From: a virus
Taxonomy: Duplodnaviria > Caudoviricetes
Virus record (IMG/VR): IMGVR_UViG_3300022930_000020
Coordinates: 1 to 36,563 of that record
Direction: 5' to 3' (one strand)
DNA: 36,563 nucleotides
In this document: positions 1 through 7,782 of the stretch, piece after piece
How the letters are laid out: each line of letters starts with the position of its first letter
Position numbering within the stretch: position 1 is the first letter of the stretch
The notes under the pieces: generated by a model
What the model was told of the DNA's origin: nothing
The model's input: the letters and a program-made list of their open reading frames with translations, nothing else
Databases searched by the model: none
Made by a program: the position numbers and the translations under genes

Positions 1-127
1 TTGTATTTCTCTTTAATGACCTGAGTTTCTACGGCTTTAATTGCTGCACGGTATGCCGTTAATGTGAATTTATCTTTTTTACTGATAATTACCGATACGC
101 TGTACTTTTCGTCGTCGCCGTCGCTGA
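1..127. repeat. 127-bp terminal direct repeat, copy 1 (circular assembly overlap)
   Basis: Bases 1-127 are identical to 36437-36563. 127 is a common assembler k-mer, and the repeat lies inside a gene whose frame continues across the join. Confidence 0.95.
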
Positions 128-212
128 TCGCTTTCGGTTCGAAAACGTGCAGAAAACTTAGAAGTACTTTTCCCGAAGTTGCTCGGGAGCTTTTTGCTTT
201 TTCTGTCGCCAT
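1..212 (-). CDS. ssDNA-binding protein (DUF2815/gp2.5-like), 5' part; gene crosses the circular join
   Basis: ATG at 212 gives MATEKAKSSRATSGKVLLSFLHVFEPKAISDGDDEKYSVSVIISKKD. The frame continues at 36436 down to TAA at 36046 (603 nt, 200 aa). Confidence 0.9.
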   Translation of the reverse strand, partial: MATEKAKSSRATSGKVLLSFLHVFEPKAISDGDDEKYSVSVIISKKDKFTLTAYRAAIKAVETQVIKEKY

Positions 213-229
213 TTTATTGGTATTAAAAA

Positions 230-478
230 TTAATTATTCGGTCTTTCTCTCGAGTCGCATCCAGGTTTAGATCCTGCCACCTGCTCAGGATTGAATCCGT
301 CGCCTATAACTTCCAGACGCCCCTCGTCGAAAAATTCTCTTTCCGGGACTTTCCCGTCTTTATCGATCTCAGGCTGCAGAGCGTACTGCGTGCAGCCGGT
401 TAAATATCTATGCTCAGAGGTTGCAACGCCTTTGAAGCCTGTAATTTTATCTTTACAGTTTTTGCCCATTAAACTCAT
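230..478 (-). CDS. conserved small phage protein (probable SH3-like fold)
   Basis: 82 aa with DKITGFKG...YLTGC.QY...FDEGRL, a pattern I recognise from many phage hypothetical proteins. Packed in the operon. Confidence 0.75.
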   Translation of the reverse strand: MSLMGKNCKDKITGFKGVATSEHRYLTGCTQYALQPEIDKDGKVPEREFFDEGRLEVIGDGFNPEQVAGSKPGCDSRERPNN

Positions 479-479
479 T

Positions 480-785
480 CTATTGTGGATTTTCAGGTTT
501 AAAATTTTCCGTATCGAAATGCGGATCTATCGACGCCATCTGCGAAATAATTACAGAGCTGGCGAAGTCTTTAAGTTTGTCGATATTCTCGAAAACTTCT
601 GATCGTGAGGCTCCGGAGTCAAATAAGAAAGGAGCGACAAGCTGCACCTCTGCGCTATTGGAATCCGTGCCGTAAATTGTCATCTGCAGATAGTCAGCGT
701 CGAGTGAAATTACGACTGCCTGCCAGTTGTCTGCCAGATCAATAAGCTTTACCCTTTTCGGGCTTTCAGTTTTTACAATTTCCAT
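480..785 (-). CDS. hypothetical protein
   Basis: 101-aa ATG ORF with 1-3 nt gaps to its neighbours on the same strand. Confidence 0.75.
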   Translation of the reverse strand: MEIVKTESPKRVKLIDLADNWQAVVISLDADYLQMTIYGTDSNSAEVQLVAPFLFDSGASRSEVFENIDKLKDFASSVIISQMASIDPHFDTENFKPENPQ

Positions 786-788
786 ATA

Positions 789-2039
789 TTAAAATTTTAA
801 CGGGTCGAAATCCTCGTCGACCTCTTCGAAATCTGCGTAATCCTCGTAGGGTTCGGCGAAATCTTTTTCCGCCTGCGCCTTGCCGTACTCTTCGCGTTTA
901 TCCTCCTCGTCTACAAGCGTAGGCTGTCCGGGAGGTTTATAAGTTAACGGACCTAAAAGCTTATCGAAATTGGCCTTTTTAAGCAGCTTTTCGAGATCTC
1001 CCAATCCTTTGAGCTTTGTATTTAAAAACTGCTCAGGAAAGTAGAGATTTTCTTCTAAAACTTCGACGACTTTCGTCTCGTCGCGCCACTGCCTGTTGCT
1101 GGAACTCTCTACGAGTTTATGACCGGGCCACTTTTTGCCCTCCACTGCCTCGCGCAGTACTGTGGTTTTAACGTCCTCGAGCCATTTCTTAATGAAGTCG
1201 GCTTTTTGATAAGCTTCGAAAAGCTCCTCGTCGTTAAGCAGGCGCGGGTCCATTTTAATGTCGAAGTCCTGTTTTGCGATCTCCATACCTAAATCGTACA
1301 ACGCCCTGCATTTTGCACGTGCTTTACAGAATTGGCACCAGTCGCCTGCTTTGGCTTCTCCGAAACCCTCTGCAGCTTCTATGGCTTTCGGCCTGAGAAC
1401 GTCCTCGCCCCATTTAACCAGAAACTTTTTAGGGATCGACCAGCTCGAAATATTCGACATTCGGGGCTGTACTATTGTCAGCTTCACCATATCAATATTA
1501 TCGGCTTCCTTCCCGAGAGATTCTAAAACGCCGAGCCCGTAATATTTTAACTGCGAATTGTGGACGGCTTTGACTTCTTTACCTGCTCCAAACTTTAAAT
1601 CGATAATCTCGATCTGGCGGGCAAAAACCACGGCGGTGTCTCCTGTTCCGAATCCGCCTTTGACGTATTTCTCTAAACTGAATTTTTGCTCGATCAGGAT
1701 CTTAGCTTTTGGATCCAATCGCTTAGCCTCTGCGAACTGCTCTTTGACATACGTAACGTACTGCATTATAGGGTCCTCCATATCAGAATGGTACAAAGGA
1801 TGCTTTCGGAGCTCTTCGATCTGCTGGCGGTAGTCGCCCATTTTCATAAGCTTTAAATCTACTTTTAGCATTCTTTCGCCCATTTCGTGAGCCAGTGTGC
1901 CCTCTTCTGCGTACACGCTTGTTTCGTCAGGGAAAGCCTCCTCTAACGTAGGCGAGGCGGGGCAGTTCATCCAGCGATCCGAACCCGAGGCACTCAGACG
2001 GGCGTGCGCCCGTTCGGAGTGTTTAATCTCGGTGCTCAT
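789..2039 (-). CDS. DUF2800-family PD-(D/E)xK (Cas4-like) exonuclease
   Basis: HARLSASGSDRWMNCP, EEGTLAHE, GFGTGD, IIDLKFGAG, NSQLKYY, GDWCQFCKARAKC. Typical neighbour of DUF2815 and PolA. Confidence 0.9.
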   Translation of the reverse strand: MSTEIKHSERAHARLSASGSDRWMNCPASPTLEEAFPDETSVYAEEGTLAHEMGERMLKVDLKLMKMGDYRQQIEELRKHPLYHSDMEDPIMQYVTYVKEQFAEAKRLDPKAKILIEQKFSLEKYVKGGFGTGDTAVVFARQIEIIDLKFGAGKEVKAVHNSQLKYYGLGVLESLGKEADNIDMVKLTIVQPRMSNISSWSIPKKFLVKWGEDVLRPKAIEAAEGFGEAKAGDWCQFCKARAKCRALYDLGMEIAKQDFDIKMDPRLLNDEELFEAYQKADFIKKWLEDVKTTVLREAVEGKKWPGHKLVESSSNRQWRDETKVVEVLEENLYFPEQFLNTKLKGLGDLEKLLKKANFDKLLGPLTYKPPGQPTLVDEEDKREEYGKAQAEKDFAEPYEDYADFEEVDEDFDPLKF

Positions 2040-2041
2040 TA

Positions 2042-2473
2042 CTATTTCAGTTTCTTAAGGAAATTGTAAAACTCCTCGAATTTTGCCTCCTTAAGATCTC
2101 CGATTTTAGCGGCTCCGGTAGCTTTAAGCTTCTTAAGGATTGTGTCGCGGTTCTTATCGACTTTATCGGCCATAACCGCCTTAATGTCGTCAAGGGTAAT
2201 ACCGTCCTCGTCCTCTTCGGTGTCGTCCTCTGCTAAAGGGTCGTACTCCTCGTCGTCCTCGTCCTCTTCCGGCTCTTCGACTGGTTTTGGTTTAGCTCTC
2301 GACGGTCTGGGTTTAGCAGTTGAGGTCTTTTTGACCGGTTCGTCCTCGTCCTGAACGACTTCAAGTTTTCCGGCTTTTACCGCGTCTGTGCCCATTGTCG
2401 CTCTGCTTAATAAATCTTTTACAAGTTCAACGTTTTTGCTGTTGAAAGGGATTTCTAGTTTAATCGTGTTCAT
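2042..2473 (-). CDS. hypothetical protein with acidic linker and small C-terminal helical domain
   Basis: 143 aa. The C-terminal ITLDDIKA...FYNFLKKLK domain is the type usually found upstream of DUF2800. Confidence 0.8.
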   Translation of the reverse strand: MNTIKLEIPFNSKNVELVKDLLSRATMGTDAVKAGKLEVVQDEDEPVKKTSTAKPRPSRAKPKPVEEPEEDEDDEEYDPLAEDDTEEDEDGITLDDIKAVMADKVDKNRDTILKKLKATGAAKIGDLKEAKFEEFYNFLKKLK

Positions 2474-2475
2474 TT

Positions 2476-2889
2476 TTATTTATATTTAATTATTAAATCA
2501 GTTAAAGAAGAAAGGTAGTCGGTGAGCATAACGCCGCTAGGGTGCACGATTTTATCAAAAAAGGCGTTGCCGTTTCTCGATACAGTCGTTGTCATAGTGT
2601 CCAGATCCAGCTCGGCAAAATAGTCGTATGCTCTGAACTGAACAACGCGCTTTGCAAGTCCTGCAGGTACGTCCATACGCCAGTCGGCGTCGTCGAACAG
2701 CAGCCCGATAGGAACGTTTAAAATTTCAGAGAGCTTCGCGATCTGTACCGAATCGAGGTTCGCTTTTCCAGTTACAATATAGCTGAAAGCTTTCGCGGGG
2801 TATTTGTGGTCTGGGAATAAGCTCGGGGCTAAGAATGACGCTTTTAGACCAGAGGCCGTCATAATCCTTTTTAAGTCGATCGTTTGCAT
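2476..2889 (-). CDS. XRE-like HTH transcriptional regulator
   Basis: IDLKRIM...LAPSLFP...QIAKLSEILNVPIGLLF. ATG at 2889 is preferred because the track's TTG start (2913) overlaps the -7 promoter element. Confidence 0.7.
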   Translation of the reverse strand: MQTIDLKRIMTASGLKASFLAPSLFPDHKYPAKAFSYIVTGKANLDSVQIAKLSEILNVPIGLLFDDADWRMDVPAGLAKRVVQFRAYDYFAELDLDTMTTTVSRNGNAFFDKIVHPSGVMLTDYLSSLTDLIIKYK

Positions 2890-2910
2890 ATCTTGTATTT
2901 TTGTTCTAGG

Positions 2911-2957
2911 CAAATATACAAACTGTTTTCATATTTCCAAACGTTTTGGATAAAAAA
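2911..2957 (-). promoter_or_regulatory. Bacteroidota sigmaA promoter with palindromic operator-like site
   Basis: Minus strand TTTG-N19-TATATTTG (-33/-7 consensus). TCCAAA-cgt-TTTGGA palindrome overlaps the -33 element. Confidence 0.8.
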
Positions 2958-2969
2958 CTTTAAAACTTT

Positions 2970-3245
2970 TCAAAGTAAACAGAGCAAAAAAGATTAAGTA
3001 TTTATAGATCAGGTATTTACGTCGAAAGTAAACAGCGTAAACGAAATAAACCGGTATTTCAAAAGTATATCGGGTGTTTTACGGGTTTTCGTATATTTTA
3101 TATAGGTAATTACTTATATATTTATACTTTTATTAAATTCTTATTATTATATTGTTTATCTGTTTACAAAACCCTGCAGCCCCTGCTGTGCCAAAGCGAT
3201 AAACGTAAACAGTCGCTGTTTATTTCTGTTTATCTGGTTTACAGG
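2970..3245. other. origin-like element A (TAAAC/GTTTA iterons around AT-rich core)
   Basis: Three TAAAC motifs at 9-bp period, an AT-rich core, inverted TGTTTAY motifs and a TAAACAG-tcg-CTGTTTA hairpin. Homologous to 22780-23156. Confidence 0.6.
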
Positions 3246-3249
3246 CATT

Positions 3250-3273
3250 AAAAAAACGGCCCGAAAGCCGCTT
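3250..3273 (-). terminator. intrinsic terminator of lysis operon
   Basis: Minus strand GCGGC-TTTCGG-GCCGT followed by a T run. Confidence 0.85.
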
Positions 3274-3275
3274 AG

Positions 3276-3893
3276 TTATTTAATCGATTCTTTAATCATC
3301 ACCCCGGTTATGAGTCCGGCGCCAAACTTAAAGAGACTTGTTTCGTACCACTTTACCGGATCTTTGTACTCGACGTGTGAGAGGCTGGTCGTTTTCAGGT
3401 ATTTATTACTGTGTGAAATATCGACCGTACGGGTTTCAGGACCTAAAAACCAATTCCTTTTCACTCCGTGCACCAGAGTAATGCTGTCGCGTATAATCAT
3501 ATTCTGCAGACCAAAACCGTTTTGATCTGATCTGTATTTAAAACTGTACTCTTTGACTACTATCTGCCCCTCCCGTTTAAACGTGCAGTCGATCGAATCT
3601 TTGTACGGTACGTAAACAGTATCGATCCGGATCTCGGCCGTTTCTTTTGTAATGCTTTCCACTTTTGCAAAGGGCTTAGTTTCCGGCGTTTTAGGCGCTT
3701 GTTTTTTCGGCAGTGTGATAACAGCTGTTGAGGTTGCTGTTTTCCCGTCTGAAAGCCTGTAAGCTTTATTTTCTGTCTGCAGGGCATTGATGCTCGCCTT
3801 ATATGTTTTCTCGTTTTGGCACTTCGCGAAAAGCGCAGCCGTTAAAAATAATATAGCGATATACGGCGCCCAGGTTATAAGTTTATTTTTCAT
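3276..3893 (-). CDS. putative spanin (unimolecular-like membrane protein)
   Basis: N-terminal hydrophobic signal ending FAKC and a C-terminal hydrophobic helix (KWYETSLFKFGAGLITGVMI). Directly after the endolysin. Confidence 0.6.
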   Translation of the reverse strand: MKNKLITWAPYIAILFLTAALFAKCQNEKTYKASINALQTENKAYRLSDGKTATSTAVITLPKKQAPKTPETKPFAKVESITKETAEIRIDTVYVPYKDSIDCTFKREGQIVVKEYSFKYRSDQNGFGLQNMIIRDSITLVHGVKRNWFLGPETRTVDISHSNKYLKTTSLSHVEYKDPVKWYETSLFKFGAGLITGVMIKESIK

Positions 3894-4399
3894 TTTGATA
3901 TGAATAAATCTGCCTCATCTTTTCGGCGGTTAATAAGTCCTTTAAGCGGTATTTTACTCCCCTGCCCGGTTATATATCGGGTCGTCCACCAGTTCAATAT
4001 GTCGGCAGTCGGCGCCTGGCTGCTCACCAGATCAAAAAGAGTTGCAGATCCTCCGGTATTGTAGGTATGAACGACCAGGGCGTCGAACTCGTTTTGACTC
4101 AGGGGTTTCTTACGTTTCTGTGTAGCGCGCATAACCTGCAGTTCAAAGGGTTTTATATCCTGCTCGAGTGCTGCGTCTGCCTGCGCTTCTGTGTGCATTG
4201 ATATTCTTGAATACGCCAGGGCCTTATTAGCAGATCCTTTTATAAATCTGCCTTTACTGTCCCGCATCGCGCGGCCCCAGCCCTCGGTCCAGATCAGCGC
4301 CGGATCCATTTTTGGTTGCAGTCCGATAGCTTTAAGATCTCCATCGTGCAGGGACTCCCATTTCTTAATTAAGGCGATGCCTTTTTTAGATGTTTTCAT
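3890..4399 (-). CDS. endolysin, GH24 lysozyme
   Basis: MKTSKKGIALIKKWE, DP..IWTEGWG, LSQNEFDALV...YN.G, LKGLINRRKDEADLF. Confidence 0.92.
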   Translation of the reverse strand: MKTSKKGIALIKKWESLHDGDLKAIGLQPKMDPALIWTEGWGRAMRDSKGRFIKGSANKALAYSRISMHTEAQADAALEQDIKPFELQVMRATQKRKKPLSQNEFDALVVHTYNTGGSATLFDLVSSQAPTADILNWWTTRYITGQGSKIPLKGLINRRKDEADLFISK

Positions 4400-4590
4400 A
4401 GTTCAGTATCTTTATTTCTTTTCTCCATAATCCACCACCTGCGGGCCGTAAAAGCACACACGAACAGAAAGCTGAAAATCTTCATAAATATATCAATGTT
4501 AGTAAAACTAACAGCGTAAAAGCCCAGGCAGGCCGCCCAGGCTTTTAGGTCTAGCAGGTGATTTCCCATATTATGATTATTTCTTACCAT
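4396..4590 (-). CDS. holin-like small membrane protein
   Basis: 64 aa, hydrophobic segments, charged tail, overlaps the endolysin start. An alternative start is at 4569. Confidence 0.6.
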   Translation of the reverse strand: MVRNNHNMGNHLLDLKAWAACLGFYAVSFTNIDIFMKIFSFLFVCAFTARRWWIMEKRNKDTEL

Positions 4591-4819
4591 TTTCCGGATC
4601 CTCCGCGATTATTAACCCGATTGCCTTGACTACTGCAGGTATAAGGGTACTTACTATTAATAAGATCCTGTTTAAGTGCTCTTGATCTTTAAAGCCCCAA
4701 TTAGTAAGGACCAGGACGACGGACGGGATTAAGATAATTAAAATTGCGTTCTCTATTCTACGCCAGAATTTCGGCGCTGGAATGTTTAAATTTTGCTGTC
4801 TTACTGTAATTTTTCGCAT
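4577..4819 (-). CDS. holin-like protein (2 TM)
   Basis: 80 aa, PAPKFWRR followed by two TM helices, in the lysis cassette. Confidence 0.65.
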   Translation of the reverse strand: MRKITVRQQNLNIPAPKFWRRIENAILIILIPSVVLVLTNWGFKDQEHLNRILLIVSTLIPAVVKAIGLIIAEDPENGKK

Positions 4820-4837
4820 AAATTATTATTGTTTTGG

Positions 4838-6787
4838 TTATGGATATATACGTATTTCAAAAGTCGAATACGAGTAGGCGAGTACTGCATCCTGGCCGAC
4901 TGCAGCGGCGGTTTGTGTTTTTATATTTATTGCGGTCGTACTGATTACATTTGACATACTTTGTATAGCGGGGTTTGTGGTAGGTATATACGGAACCATA
5001 GTTTTGTTTGCGGTGAAAGAGGCGCCGGTTATGGTAGCAGTATAATCTCCTGCAGCATTATATGTATAACTTACAGTTCCGCCGGTGGTATTTTCTAAAA
5101 CTAATACGGTAGGCGCACTGGTGCCAGACTGTGCTATTAATGCAGAATATACTTTGTAAGGCCTAACTGACGCGGTGGCTGCCGCAATTCCCGCATTTAC
5201 GGCTGTAACTGTTGGGTATTTTGTATTTGTAACATCTGCGACAAGCGAGTTTTGTTTGTTTGCTGAATATTCAATAGAAGTGCTTAGTATTTTCTCTACC
5301 ACACTACTGCCACTGTTTCTTGTTAGTATATCGAACGTAGACGCGCTAGTAACGGGTATTGTTGAAAAAACTATTCCGGGAGTTGTTACATTTCCGGCAA
5401 ATGTTGTCGCTCCACTTCTTAAAATATTAACTATGTTTACAGACGCGTTTTGAAAAGAAAAAGCACTTCCTGCTGTCGTTAGAGATTGCAAAACCCCTCC
5501 TGATTCCCAAGCCGTTCTAAAAACCATATCAGATTCCCCTGTACGAATCACGTCGGAATTTTGCATAGCTACGTTTAGAAACCCTGTGTTCGCGGGAAAA
5601 GGATTCCTAGTTATTATCATTGGAGCAATACCCGAAGCTCTATTCCCAAAAACCATCGTTCCGGCTAAAACACTGGTATAAGGAGTAGATGTCGAGCTTC
5701 CGACCGTTATTTTTGTCGTTGTAGTTTCGCCTAATGAATTGGCGTAAAAAAGTTTGTTAGTTGATAAAAGCGGGTTTAAATAATAGACATTTAGAGTAGA
5801 TAGACCTAAACCGGCTATTAAAATTCTAACCTCTCCGTTAACAACTTGAACACCTTCGCCTCTATGCGGCTCCGCTAAATTACCGGGCAGCACTCTTAAA
5901 AAAGTTTTTACCGATCCGTCTAAGCTTAACTTAGATAAATTTGCCTGCTCTACAACATAAAACTCACCATTATATAAAGATATTCCTTGTATGTTGTTGG
6001 TAAAAGGCGACGAAATTGTGATAAAGCCTAAATAATTACCTACTAGGTCGTATTTCCATATTTTAGACCCGTCCAAATACGAAGATATATATATAGTTGT
6101 TCCATCCGTGGTCATTGACGAACATTCGTGATTTTGTGCAGATATATCATACGTCGCTACAAGTGCCAAAGTCGCAGCGTTGTACTTAGCTATTTTCATG
6201 CCGGTAACAGCAGGGTACGTTTCAGCTGGCGCATAAATGAACCCGCTTAAATAGAAACCATCGCCTAAATGGTTTACTCCTGTTATTCCGCTAAGAGGGT
6301 TTGTGTTCTGAGCGACAACCGTCCAAGAAGAATTTAATTTTTTAATTATGTTAGTACCTATCATATAGTGATACGTACCATCAAACGTATAGCCTTGCTC
6401 GGTGTCTGTTAAATTTGGTGAGGTATAAGTTACCTGATAATCTTGGGAACCTACTGCCAGACCTGTATTTGATGTTATATCTCCGCTTGACCTTGTAGAA
6501 CCTAATACATCTAAATTTGTTTGAGGCGAAGATATGCCTATCCCTACTTTTCCGGTGTTGTTGTTATATATATTGTTCCCTGATTTACTCCATACTAAAT
6601 CAGTAGAAAGCGCAAAAGGCAAATTAACCGGAGCTATTTTAGTCTGCAATCCTGTTGCATCCGTAGCAGTTAAGAAACTCGTAGAAGTAACGGTCGGCTG
6701 GCCTCCGCTTATTCTAACGCCCTCAGGAAAACGAGCTTGTCCGAAAGCAGAAATCGATATTAATATTAGTAAGATTATTCTTTTCAT
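4838..6787 (-). CDS. tail fibre/receptor-binding-like protein with beta-propeller and N-terminal signal peptide
   Basis: MKRIILLILISISAFG|Q, GKVGIG.SSP fibre motif, propeller-like blade repeats (QGYTFDG, SSMTTDG, QGISLYNG, EGVQVVNG), Thr/Ser/Gly-rich. Confidence 0.65.
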   Translation of the reverse strand: MKRIILLILISISAFGQARFPEGVRISGGQPTVTSTSFLTATDATGLQTKIAPVNLPFALSTDLVWSKSGNNIYNNNTGKVGIGISSPQTNLDVLGSTRSSGDITSNTGLAVGSQDYQVTYTSPNLTDTEQGYTFDGTYHYMIGTNIIKKLNSSWTVVAQNTNPLSGITGVNHLGDGFYLSGFIYAPAETYPAVTGMKIAKYNAATLALVATYDISAQNHECSSMTTDGTTIYISSYLDGSKIWKYDLVGNYLGFITISSPFTNNIQGISLYNGEFYVVEQANLSKLSLDGSVKTFLRVLPGNLAEPHRGEGVQVVNGEVRILIAGLGLSTLNVYYLNPLLSTNKLFYANSLGETTTTKITVGSSTSTPYTSVLAGTMVFGNRASGIAPMIITRNPFPANTGFLNVAMQNSDVIRTGESDMVFRTAWESGGVLQSLTTAGSAFSFQNASVNIVNILRSGATTFAGNVTTPGIVFSTIPVTSASTFDILTRNSGSSVVEKILSTSIEYSANKQNSLVADVTNTKYPTVTAVNAGIAAATASVRPYKVYSALIAQSGTSAPTVLVLENTTGGTVSYTYNAAGDYTATITGASFTANKTMVPYIPTTNPAIQSMSNVISTTAINIKTQTAAAVGQDAVLAYSYSTFEIRIYP

Positions 6788-6792
6788 AGTTT

Positions 6793-7326
6793 TTAAGGTT
6801 TTACATATACGGAGTTTCCTGCGTCTATGTCGATTAGTATTTTAAGTTCGTCGTCGTTCTGTTCCCACTCCGTCGTTTTGAATATTTCGCCTCGAGATAC
6901 CAGAACAGATCCGGCGTTAAATCCCAGAGGCAGAGTAAATATTTGATCCGGCCCTGATACAGGAGCATTAAATAAAACTGGATCAGGTTTAGCGCTTATT
7001 ATTGTGTAACTGGCAGGATCCTCCGGATCTCCTCCGTTATAACGGGCGTTTTCGATTACGCCTGCAGTTGTGTACCTGTGCGCTATGTCGCCCGCTTCTA
7101 AGTTTAGCATATCGACGTTACCGTCTCCTTTAAACTTTAAGCCAAACTGCCCGTAAAGCGGTATCGAGCTGAAATTTGCAGCGTCTACGAGCTCGTTAAG
7201 TTTCGCTCGTATGTTGTTGGTCTCTTCTGCAGAAAGCTTATTGTATAAATACGTAGTCGCTCCCAGTTTTCGCTCTTTCAGGCCGGACTCGTATTTTCCG
7301 TCTATAAATTCGTAGTGCGCTATCAT
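6793..7326 (-). CDS. putative virion structural protein (fibre adaptor?)
   Basis: 177 aa between the adaptor and fibre genes, with a helical N-part and a beta-rich C-terminal domain. Confidence 0.55.
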   Translation of the reverse strand: MIAHYEFIDGKYESGLKERKLGATTYLYNKLSAEETNNIRAKLNELVDAANFSSIPLYGQFGLKFKGDGNVDMLNLEAGDIAHRYTTAGVIENARYNGGDPEDPASYTIISAKPDPVLFNAPVSGPDQIFTLPLGFNAGSVLVSRGEIFKTTEWEQNDDELKILIDIDAGNSVYVKP

Positions 7327-7778
7327 ACTCTTTCAATTTCAAAGGCGGAAAACGCCTGATAATCGTTGTCGGGTTTCTCGTCCAGAGTGCAGAGGATCTT
7401 TTTAGCCTCGACGAACTGCTTTTCTATGGCATTTCGCAGATCTAAAAGATCGCTGTTTTTTTCGGAGGCTTTGGGCGTCGACCAGTTAGGCTGGTTTATC
7501 GCTTTTACCCCTGCGTTTGTGTGCACGTATATCTCTTCGCAGAATCTGCTGGCGATACACATTGCAACAAAATCGCGAAAACCGATAAAATCCTCGCTAA
7601 GAGAATCCTCGATAATGCCGTCGAAAATCTTAGTGCTCACCGAGAGGCCAAACATCTGCATAAAAGTTACGTTTTTTACGTATTTCATATACTTATCGAT
7701 TTTAGCCTGCGAGAGTGAATCTGTTACCGGGTAATACTCTTGTATTTCGGCAATCGATATGTTATTAATTCCTGGCAT
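7323..7778 (-). CDS. putative head-tail adaptor
   Basis: 151-aa helical protein right after the portal. HTNAGV motif resembles Bacteroidota phage adaptors. Confidence 0.55.
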   Translation of the reverse strand: MPGINNISIAEIQEYYPVTDSLSQAKIDKYMKYVKNVTFMQMFGLSVSTKIFDGIIEDSLSEDFIGFRDFVAMCIASRFCEEIYVHTNAGVKAINQPNWSTPKASEKNSDLLDLRNAIEKQFVEAKKILCTLDEKPDNDYQAFSAFEIERV

Positions 7779-7782
7779 AGTT

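Noticed and set aside
1-127. Biological terminal repeat
   Set aside because: The length equals a common assembly k-mer and the repeat lies mid-gene, so it is best explained as circular overlap.
789-2039. CRISPR-associated Cas4
   Set aside because: No array or other cas genes. The context is the standard DUF2800-SSB-PolA module.
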